Below, piece by piece: positions 48,425 to 58,839 of a stretch of 64,000 nt of DNA. The translations under genes were made by a program, and so were the position numbers. Under the pieces are notes generated by a model. The model was not told the origin of the DNA. It saw nothing but the letters and a program-made list of their open reading frames with translations, and made no database searches. The DNA is from Hemiscyllium ocellatum. Lineage: Eukaryota. The stretch spans positions 62,001 to 126,000 of the forward strand of contig NW_026867533.1 in the NCBI RefSeq assembly GCF_020745735.1, read 5' to 3'. How positions within the stretch are numbered: the stretch's first letter is position 1; each line of letters starts with the position of its first letter.

Positions 48425-51400
48425 CGCCATGTCTGGGTCAAAAATTGAAAACAATCCCAGCTCCAAACATTTACAAAATATCACTATGGATCTTCCTTGA
48501 GTCCAAAAAAGATTGTCCCCTTTGATCAATGATTTGTAAAATTTATTCGCGTATCTAATGCGATGGACGTTTTCAAATAACTTCTGAAATGCAAGTGGCT
48601 CACATCAATCGTATTAAAGTGACATTTCGTGTATTACCCCACACACAAAAAAAAACAAGTTTGTTGACATGAGTTGCTCTGAGGAAGTCTACGATGAATT
48701 CTTTTATCAAACAAAATCATTTCCGGTGTTGTGAGGGCTCGACCATCTTCTGTGCAATGGTCTGAATTTTAAGTTGTGTCTGACTGCAGATGAAACCGGC
48801 TGCTCTGGGTAAAAGTACAGTTTGTGCCTTTCACATTGTTAATGTATATTGCTGACTTTAGTTGAATAAAGGGATGTTGTCCCAGGCATCGTCTGGCACC
48901 ATTAATTAGACCATTAATTTCCACATCGCTAGCCAGAGGTTCAGGTGAAGTTTATTGATTTTTATGTTTTTGAAACGAAAGCTTCGTACATTTCCAGGAT
49001 GAATCATGTAAATTAGAGCCATTCACCTTTCCACTCATGGCTTTATAAACTTATATGAGGTCACCCCCGAACTCCAGTGAAACAAGTTCCAGTCTATCTG
49101 GATTTCCAATGGTAACTTTGTTCCCTCACATTCTGCTGTTAAAGATCCTCCTGCCACCCCAGGCCCACAGAGAATGTCCCTTGATACTAGTTCAAAAAAA
49201 TGAAAGGAATTTGGTCCCACCATGTTGTTTAATTTCATTTGGTTTCAAACACCATAAAAAATAAATGTTCATGTCATTGCTGATTTATGGGAGAATTCCG
49301 TTTACACAGTATCTGCTGAAATACCTGCAGTACCATCCTGAATCTGGTTCGCAGGTTCACCTGTTGCTCACAAATGCAACCAGACATCAGGGAACAGTGT
49401 GTGGGATATAGGTAAAGTAGTGTTACTTCTGCAATTATAATTACTTATACAACGTAAATGAACTCACACCAGTGTGTAATTGTTTCAGCCAAGAGCTGAG
49501 TCAACAAGAATGGAAACTATGTGGAGGAAATACATAATTGTTTTTGTATTAGCTAAAATTGTATGCAAGAATGAAACGGGACTGCAAAACAATGGTAGAT
49601 ATTACAGATGAATAGGCAAGATGCTGTGAGGGGAGGGAGTTAAGCTAGAAACGCCTGTACAAACAGTAGGTATAAACATCTGTTTCCCACTTTTACTGAA
49701 ACACAGGAACAAACCCCAATTAAAAGGGTCATAAGGATCAGTATGGTAGGGGAAGGCACAGATGGAGGGAGTAAATAATGGTGAGCAACAGATATGCCTA
49801 ACAATGACCCACTGTGGTATGAGGTCAAATGGCCTCATGATGTCAGAAATAAGCATTTTGTCACAGACAAGGCTGGATAAGGCAAGAGATAAACAGGAGT
49901 AATGGGTGCTGGTCTTAGGGAAGTGGAAGATGTAAACAGGGGAGGAGCAATGAAATAAAAAATAGAAACCAAATTACATCAATATCGTGTATTAGTTGAA
50001 TTCAGTGTGTGGGTCCCTGCCTTGTCGACATGGACATCACACCATCTTGCAAGAGTCAAATAAAGGGCACCACTGATTCAGATTTTGTCTCGGACTGAAA
50101 TTATTGAAGTGTGTGAGCTTTGTTTCTCACAAGTGAACATCGTCCACACCCAGCCCTCCACCCTTCCCTTCTGTACTTTTCACTTTGTGAAATCCGTATT
50201 GTCAATAATCAGTTAAAAGAAAGATTTTTAAAAACTTTCTTAATTCATGTTGCTGATCTTGGCTGAGTAAAGGTATGTTGCTGTCAGCATTTCTGGGGAA
50301 CATGTCTACATTTTTTCATGTCAGTTTACAATGATATTAAGTCAAGAATTGTCAAAATGTCCTGAGAAACAACGTTTAGAAATAGACGTACGGCCCCGTC
50401 TTTTTTCCCCATAAGCCAGGATTTACAGCATGGGAGATCATATCTTTTGAATAGTGTCCTGATGCAGCTTCGTTTGTGTGTGTTGGGGTGGTTACTTTCA
50501 TAGTTTAGGACTTGGTCTGTGTGTGTTGTTTTCCTGTGTGATGCAAACTCCACACGGTCAGTCGCCTGAGTCGGGAATTGAACCCGGGTCTCAGGCGCTG
50601 TGAGGCAGCAGTGCTAACCACTGTGCCACCGTGCTGCCCATATTAAGTCAAGAATTGTCAAAATGTCCTGAAAAACAACATTTAGAAATGGGCGTTCTGC
50701 CCCTACTTTTTTCCCCATAAGCCAGGATTTACAGCATGGGAGATCATATCTATATTGATAATGGATTAGACCCTACACAATGTTCCCGAATGTTTACTTC
50801 AAGTGCTATCACCTGCAGGGTTATGGACAACATGCTATAAAGTGGGTGTTGGCTGGAAGGTTCTGTTTTCACGTGATACAGGTGTGATGGGCGAAGTGAT
50901 CTCTCTCTGTCGTGAAAACTTCATCTTTCCTCAATTCATCTTTCCTACTTTGTCTCGTTCAGAGGCTCTAATTCACATGATTCATACTGGAAATATTCCA
51001 AGCCTTCGGTTCAATGATATCAATAAACTCCACCTGACTCTCCGGCTAGTGATGTGGAAATTAATGGTCTAATTAATGGTGCCAGACGATGCCTGGGACA
51101 ACATCACTTTATTCAACTAAAGTCAGTAACATACATTAACAATGTGAAAGGCACAAACTGTACTTTTACCCAGAGCAGCCAGTTACATCTGCATTCAGAT
51201 ACAAAATTCAGATCATTGCACAGAAGATAGACGAGCCCTCACAACATTGGAAATGATTTTGTTTGATAAAACAGTCCATCCTCGACTTGCTTAGAACAAC
51301 TCGTGACAACAAAATTGCTTGATTTTTTTTGTGTGGGGTAACACATGAAATGTTACTGTATTCCGACTGATGGGAACCATTTGCACTTCAAGTTATTTGA

Positions 51401-51548
51401 AAACGTCCTTCACAACAGATATGGGAACAAATTTTAGAAATCATTGATCAAAGGGACTTTTTTTTTCAACTCAAGGAAGATCCATAGTGATATTTTGTAA
51501 ATGTTTGGAGCTGTGATTACTTTATATTTTTCACTAATGCATTGGCAT
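48425..51548. repeat. Inverted duplication: arms about 48425-49020 and 50963-51548, spacer about 1.9 kb
   Basis: For example GTCCCAGGCATCGTCTGGCACCATTAATTAGACCATTAATTTCCACATC near 48880 is the exact reverse complement of the sequence near 51050-51098, and the arms stay collinear for about 590 bp. Confidence 0.88.
50334..50751 (-). mobile_element. Chimeric insert (HE1-type SINE head 50542-50639 + PLE RT fragment 50446-50540) between 112-bp direct repeats (50334-50445, 50640-50751)
   Basis: SINE head with A box TGGCACAGTGG and B box GGTTCAATTCC. The PLE part (HRKTTHTDQVLNYESNHPNTHKRSCIRTLFKR) nearly matches 17155-17250. The direct repeats are 104/112 identical. Confidence 0.88.
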
Positions 51549-52059
51549 ACAGTGGACAACATCACAATTTGCTGTAACATGAAACTCGCAACCACTGAGA
51601 ACCACCGCCTGATGGTTCAGAATTTAACAAGGACCTCGCAAGGTTCGTGGAATGGACCGACGAGTGATACATGAAAATTAACAAAGGCATTTCTGAAATG
51701 ATTAATTTAGCTAGGAAGAATGTAGAGACTTCACATCTCTGTTTGCATTTCAATATACTATAAATTACTTTTCTATTATATCCTAAAATACTCGTGTCTT
51801 TGTTCATATTTAATACACTCTATCTTGTTCCGGGGTTAAGATAGTTTCTTTATTTATTTCACTCAAGACTGGATGCTGTAGTTTTGCCTCAGTATTGACC
51901 AACCTCGGTTTGGTGCCAGCTTATATCACTTGAGCTGCTTTTTCAGGAAGTGAATCTCTCCACCTGTTCAGTCAAAATAATCTGTTCATGCTTCGATCGA
52001 AATAAATCCTATTAATATCATCCCAAATTCAGACTCGGTTATTTTGTATTTATTCATTG

Positions 52060-53180
52060 GAATTGAACAGGAATATGACCGGCTGTTCTTGGTGGAGTGG
52101 GAGGGGGAGTTAAAGTGTTCAGCCACGGGGCTGTGGGGTTGGTTGGTACGGGTGTCCCAGAGATGTTCTCTGAAATGATCCGCAAGTTAGTGTCCTGTCT
52201 CCCTGATGCAGAGGAGACCACATCAGGTGGAATAGACACAGTGGATGACATTTGTGGAAGTACAGATAAGTTTCTGTGGGATGTGGAAGGATCATTTGGG
52301 GCCTTGTCGGAGGTGAGGGGGCAAGTGTGGGTGCAGGTTTTGCACTTCCTGTGGTGACGGGGAAGGTGACAGGGGTGGGGAGTGGGCTGGTGGGGCATGG
52401 ACCTGACGAGGGAGTCGTGGAGGGAATGGTGTCTCCGGAATGCCGATAGGTGTAGGGAGGGAAATATACCCCGAGTGATGGGGCCTGTTTACGGTGGTGG
52501 AAGCAGCAGAGGATGATATGATGTATGCAAGGTTGTTGCGGTGGAAGGTGAGGACCAGGAGGGGTCCCTGTTGCGATTGGAGGGATGTGGTTCAAGGGCA
52601 TCATCGACCACGTGGGAGAGGAAATTGCAGTCTTTGATAAAGGACCTGGGATGTTTTATGGTGGAACTGGTCCTCCTGGGAGCAGATGCGGTGGAGGCAG
52701 AGGAATTGAGAATAAAGGATGGCATTTTTACCTGAGGTCGGGTGGGAGGAGGTGTCGTCCAGGTAGCTGTGGGAGTCAGTGGGCTTGTAGTAAATGTTTA
52801 GTTGGTCACTGGAGATAGAGATGGAGAGATCTAGGAAAGGGAGGGAGGTGTCCGAGATGGTCCCTGTAAAGTTTAGGTCAGGGTGGAAGGTTTTAGTAAA
52901 GTTGATGGACTGTTCAACCTCCTAGTGGTTGCATGAGGTGGCGTTGATACAGTCATCAATGTAGCGGTGGTAAAGATGGGCAATGATACCGGTGTAGCTG
53001 TGGAAGACTGACTATTCCACATATCTGACGAAGAGGCAGGCATAGCTGGGGTCCATGACTACCCCTTTGGTTTGGAGGAAGTGGGAGGATTGAAAGGAAA
53101 TGTAGTTGAGGTTGAGCATGTACTGCTTGGGTTGGCGTGACAGGAAGAAACGGAGGGCTTCGAGGCCTCCATCATGGCGT
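52060..53180 (-). mobile_element. Degenerate Penelope-like element (Neptune-type): RT thumb and GIY-YIG relic
   Basis: Broken frames give ..CKTCTH..TSTNVIHCVYST.CGLLCIRETGH.LADHFREHL..PVAEHFNS, a decayed GIY-YIG signature, with multiple frameshifts. Confidence 0.7.
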
Positions 53181-54470
53181 TTGGATGTGTACAGGGCCTG
53201 GACATTGTGTTCATTCTGGGGCTTATCAATAGCTTGCAGTTATTATGGAACTGCAAGGGCAATGGCTGGGAACTCAGAGAAACCAATGGTTCAGTCTTCT
53301 GCTTGAAGCAAATTTTGACCAGAACATTTAAACACCACAAAGCTCACTGTAGGAAATGCCAGTGCTGCAACTTTTAATAATATTTGAAACTTGGTTAAAA
53401 ATAGGGATTTTTAGTTATAGTTTCTGAAATAATCAAGAAAAGAATTAACCGTTAGAACAAGCTCTATCAAAGAGAGAGGATTTGCAAAGTTTGAAACCAC
53501 ACAGTGCTGTGGTTTATTTGAATTCAATGTCGGTCAGAGTTAGATACAGCCAAGGTGATCTCTCCATATATTGATTCTGTTAATCGGACACACCAACAGA
53601 CCTGTCTGTACTAAACTGTATTATTTGTTTAGTTGATCAAAATTTAGGAAATAGATCAAACAGAATGTATTCGGCTGGGAAGGTGATGGACACAGAAGAC
53701 AGAATCAAAAGCTGGGAACATTAAATCTGAAGAGAGAGTAACAAGTAGTACACGATCAAAGACATGAAAAGGTGCATGTCAATGTGTTCCAGACATTAGT
53801 GAATCGAATGAGCTTGTTAGATAGTCGAGAGACTCGTCCAACGACATCCTGGAATCAGACCATGAAATAGAGATCGAAAGGTCGATTTGCAAATGTCACT
53901 TCAATGTGATCACTTCACACTCTGTGTCCTGATATAGGCCACATTGGCAGGTGGTTCTGCCAGATTGTATCCCCTGGGTTTATTTTCTGATCAGAAGTGA
54001 GATGTGTGGCTTGCTGCTGGCACATAGAAACAGGAAGTTGCGCGCCAGCTGAGAATGATACATCAGGCGCTACTTTCCGTATTATCAGCACAAACAGCCT
54101 TCCTACCTCTGAGGGTGAACACACTGACAGTGTCAAGAACAAACAGACAGTTTGCTGTTGGTCTCAACATTGCATTCAATTCCATTCCCATTTTCCAGAA
54201 TGAAACAGAAGAGACACAAGATTATTTCAGCGAGAGTAAATTATCTGTCAGAGAGATAAGAGAGTTATCACCGGGTGAAAGGAGCGAAATGACAATATGT
54301 AGTTTCGCTCATAAACCTATGTTTAAAAGTACAAAGCTTGAGGGAAGTTAATAAATAAATCTAAGAGGCAGCATTCATTAAAAGTTAGAATTGTAAGGTT
54401 TAAGCAATAAAATTCAGCAGGGCTTTGGTGGAAGTGAGACCATCTGGGAAGTGGTTGATTCTGTTTTCCG

Positions 54471-54698
54471 GAGCTGAAAATGTGTTGCTGGTTAAAGCGC
54501 AGCAGGTCAGGCAGCATCAAAGGAACAGGAGAATCGACGGTTTGGGCGTAAGCCCTTCTGAAGCCTGATTCCTGAAGAAGGGCTTATGCCCGAAACGTTG
54601 ATTCTCCTGCTCCTTTGATGCTGCCTGACCTGCTGCGCTTTTCCAGCAACACATTTTTAAGCTCTGATCTCCAGCATCTGCGCTCCTCACTTTCTCCT
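54471..54698. mobile_element. Fold-back PLE pLTR-derived element with an intact hammerhead core at 54572-54599 (+)
   Basis: Inverted arms about 54471-54560 and 54572-54664. CTGAAGA-A-GGGC-TTAT-GCCC-GAAA-CG-TT. Same family as the copies at 39068, 55533, 56276 and 30710. Confidence 0.8.
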
Positions 54699-54749
54699 CG
54701 TTGATTTAAACATGGACAAAGAACTGAATTCCAGAAATGAGGGAAGAGT

Positions 54750-55900
54750 GACAGCCCTTCACATTAAGGTCACATTCGACAGAGTGTGATATTATGGAGT
54801 CCTAGCAAAACTGGATTCAATGGGTATCAGGTGACAACCTCCCTGCTGCCTGCAGTCAGACCTCACACATTGGAAGGTGGCTCTGCTTGTTAGAGGGCAG
54901 TCGTCTCAGCCAAAGCAAATCTCTGTTGGAGTTCCTAAAGAAAGTGTCCTTGGCCCAATCATGTTCAGCTGCTTCAGCAATGCCTTTCTCTCCCTCAGAA
55001 GGTCAGAAGTGAAATCTGCATTGATCTAGCACTTTTTTTGGGACTGCTCAGTCCACATTCAAACGCAACAAAATCTGGACAATTTCCAGCCTTGAGCTGA
55101 CAAGTGGCAAATAGCATTCACACCACAAACCTGCGAGACAATGACCATTGACAATAAGAGACAATCTAACCAAAACCCCTTGACATTCAATAGTGTTACC
55201 ATCACGGAATCCCTCACCATCGACATCCTGGGTTTTATTGTTCATTAGAAATTGAGCTGGACACTCCATATAAATACAATGGTTGTAAGAGCAGGCCAGA
55301 GGCTAGGAATACTGCAGCGAGTAACTCACCTTCCTGACTTGCAAAGCCAATTAACTGCCTAAGAGACAGAAGTCAGGAGGGTAATAGCACAGCTCGCCCT
55401 TTGACTGGACAGGAGCACCTTCAACTGCACTCAAGAAGCTAGGCATTGTCCAGGACAAAGCATCCCACTTGATCAGCAGCACATCCACAAGCTTCCATTG
55501 TCTCCAAATCTGATGCTTAGTACCTGCCATATGCTGAAAAATGTATTGCTAGAAAAGCGCAGCAGGTCAGGCAGCATCCAAGGAGCAGGAGAATCGATGT
55601 TTCGGGCATAAGCCCTTCTTCAGGCAAACCTGCCATATGCACTATCTAAAATACTGCACTGCAGTAACTTAGCCACTTCCTTACACAGTACCTTCCCACT
55701 ACCCCTTGCATCTCGATGGATAAGAACAGCAGATACATGGGAACAGCACCACTGTAAGCTCCTCTCTAAACTACTCGGCATCCTGACTTGGAAATATATC
55801 ATCAATCTTTCACTGTAACTGGGTCAAAATCTGGAATTCCCTTCCTCAGGTCATTTTGGAAGATGTTATTTCAGAAAGGCAGCTTTCTGCCATCTTCTGA
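54750..55900 (+). mobile_element. L2/Crack-like LINE relic (same family as 1-635), interrupted by a pLTR copy
   Basis: CATTCGACAGAGTGTG..GGAGTTCCT..GTCCTTGGCCCAATC (RT-like) and the same 3' motifs as 1-635. Confidence 0.55.
55533..55624 (-). mobile_element. Single-arm copy of the same pLTR family with a hammerhead (G16.2>A)
   Basis: Minus strand CCTGAAGAAGGGCTTATGCCCGAAACATCGATTCTCC, inserted in an L2-like relic. Confidence 0.72.
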
Positions 55901-56275
55901 AGGACACCTACCGACAACTAAAAGCAACCACCGTGTTCCATGAGTCAATAAAACAATCATTGAAGCTAATATGACAGTTTGAGAAAGTGGTTAAGGAGGC
56001 ATTATGAGTATGTAATAAGCAATCGAAAGGTTTGGAGTAAAGTTCCAGAACCAATCTCAACCATAGTAGCTTCAATTAATGAAAGAGTATGAAACGAAAC
56101 TGCTGAAGTAACGAATGATAATCACAGACCTACCAAAGTTTTGAAGCATGTTACATGGTTCAGTATTGTCCTTCAGAGGAGGATGTGTGACCTTCCTACC
56201 TGGCCTGCCCGACCTGTTCAACAAAAAGGCGATGGTCCCTTTCCTGTGCCGAACCTGACTAAGAAACCCATCAGG

Positions 56276-56494
56276 AGAAAGTGAGGATTGCAGGTGCTGG
56301 AGATCTGAGTTGAGAGTGTAGTGCTGGAAAAGCACAGCAGGTCAGGCAGCATCCAAGGAGCAGGAGAATCAATGTTCCAGCCATAACAACGACATCAGGT
56401 ATCTTAATGAAGGCCTTATGCTCAAAACATCGATTCTCCTGCTCCTCAGACGCTGCCTGACCTGCTGTACTTTTCCAGCACTACAGTCTCGACT
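56276..56494. mobile_element. Degenerate fold-back copy of the same pLTR family
   Basis: GTGCTGGAAAAGCACAGCAGGTCAGGCAGCATCCAAGGAGCAGGAGAATC with its reverse complement at about 56430-56480; hammerhead core decayed (CTTAATGAAGGCCTTATGCTCAAAACATC). Confidence 0.7.
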
Positions 56495-58839
56495 GAGAAG
56501 CCATTTGGTTGTAATAAAGTTTCTTAAGAAAGATCAACCATAATTAGCCGAACAAGACGGCAGGCCTTCAAAAAGGGAGCTGATGGCCACCTTCTTGGGA
56601 TATGTGACTAACGCTTTCATAATTCAGTGAAGAATTCAACAAATGCTAATTACGGTGAGTCAGGCTCTTCAGACAGAGTCCGGTACAGATTTTAGATTGG
56701 TGAGTGGATGCAAAGTCTCCTGTGATGTTGCTGTGAACAGCAAGAGAGTTCTTGCCAGTATTTCACTCCAGTATTTGTTCATGATGTAAAGTGTCAGATT
56801 TATTGCATTTCTGTGCTTTCTGTACATTGCCAACATTCGGATCACAGGGATGATATCATGGGACCAGTATTCTCGAACTCCAGTTTGATGTTGGATGGCC
56901 AGGGTTTGGAATATCATCGTTTGCTCAGGGTGAAATGTGAATTTAAAGAAATCCTGGCATCAGAAAGGAAGGCAAATGGTGACCATGTAACCCGAGTCAA
57001 TGGAAAAATACAAAAACAGCTGGTTCACGAATGACAAGGCATCTGTCACCTTTACATGGTCTGGCCGACATGAGATTCCAGACCCACTGGGAAGTAATTG
57101 ACTGTGTTCTAAAGTGGCTTTCGCAAGCTATTCAATGGGCAGTTGGGGATAGGGACTCATTGCTGACCCTTACCATTAAGTAATACGTGTAACGAAACCT
57201 TGTAACAACGATATCAATTAAATGTAATTGTGCGGCAGTTCCTGTATTTCACGTGGATATTCTAAATTTGCAGAATTTTCAGCACTGAATTGTTAACCTA
57301 AATAAAAGTTTTAAATTATTTATCTTTCAGAAATAAATAAAATCTGTTGCAATTCGGCTTCATAAATTTTTATTCACTTCTGCAAATGGTCAACATTCTT
57401 AAAATAAACTTGTTTCGATTTGAAACTTACCACCAAATCACTTCATTCACCTGGCTTTGCTGCCATCATCACTTCCTTGAAGCCAATTAAGCATTTATGT
57501 AAATAAACACAGAAATAGAATTCTCAGAATAGATTACAGAACCACAAAACCCTAATTTATATTTCCCCACAAGCACATCACACGAATTGTGGAAAAATGC
57601 AAATAACTCAATGGATTCCAATACTAATTGATGTTAGGACTTTTTAATACATAAGTTGTATGATTGTTGAATGACAGAGGTATCAATTGTCATGTTTAGT
57701 CAAAAAACTATAAATAAGAGATACATTGGCACAGCTAATATTTCTGTGTCTCTTTTTCTCTCTTCCCCTCCTGCCTGCCCCCTTTTTTCTTTATCTCTGA
57801 TGCCTTGTTTTGCCTCTCCACAATCGGACAATGTTTTCCTCAATAACATGAAGCCAACACCTCACCAACATTGCCTCTCAGCCAAATTCATCCATTTCTT
57901 TCGAGAGATTTGAGTCAGGACAGCAAGATTTTCTCAAAAATCTGTGAGTATTGAGTGATCTGGAAATGCTTGATAGGAATGAGGCTGCAAGACTTTCCTG
58001 TGTTAGTGTTTTCATTGTATCTCTGCACTATTATTCTTGTCTGAGGAATGTTTAATGGTTCAGTGTAATGCATATTTAGTCTATAATTAACCTTACACTG
58101 CACATCTCATGGAAGGTTTAATATTGTAGAGGTCAATTTATTTTGTGTCAACTCTGGGAGGATTTTTTTTAGGGAATCCTGGATGCAGCTCTACTCTGTG
58201 TCTAAACCAAAATATATTTGACATGATTGCATTGGACAACACAATATAGAGGGAGATTTACCCAGCACATTACATGAGCTGTACAATCACGGAAAACATT
58301 TGATGTAGCCATGTAAAGGGGCTTGAACTCCTACCCACTGTCTTTCTGGTTTTGAAATGCTTGATACTAGAATAAAAAGGGAACAATACTATGCATCAAA
58401 ACTTTGTTATACAAGTAGATTATCATCTACAGGCACAGACATACACACACACACATAAGCAAATCATCTCTGAACAACCCTTGCAGTGTATAATGGATGA
58501 GTACTGAGAGAGCTTTAATATGCAATGTGTGTGTATTCCATGCAACACATGCCGACAGTGTGCTTGATATGGTAGTTTAAATGTCGTTTTGATCTGTCTT
58601 TAACCTTTTCTGTGACAGCTATGGTTGTGTTTGACAAATATTCAACAGAACTGGAGGACTATAAATGTAGTCACTGCATTAGAGGCAGAATGCAATGCCA
58701 TCAAACAGTGAGAAAGATGATCCCTGTCTTTTTTCATGATGAGGAGGGATTGAAGCAGCTGGGCTTCAAACATGAAATGGAGGGTAATTTCGATGAGACC
58801 TATATAATTCTGAAAAGACTAACTTCGAGCAAAAGTCAA

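Noticed and set aside
50542-50639. tRNA gene
   Set aside because: It has A and B boxes but continues into SINE body sequence; it is the tRNA-derived head of an HE1-type SINE.
53500-53506. Isolated CACAGTG heptamer (also CACTGTG at 10473-10479) as an orphan RSS or D segment
   Set aside because: No nonamer at 12 or 22/23 bp and no adjacent Ig coding sequence.
56669-57034. Short ORFs as a possible exon or processed pseudogene
   Set aside because: No recognisable homology, splice pattern or poly(A) remnant by eye; would need a BLASTX search.
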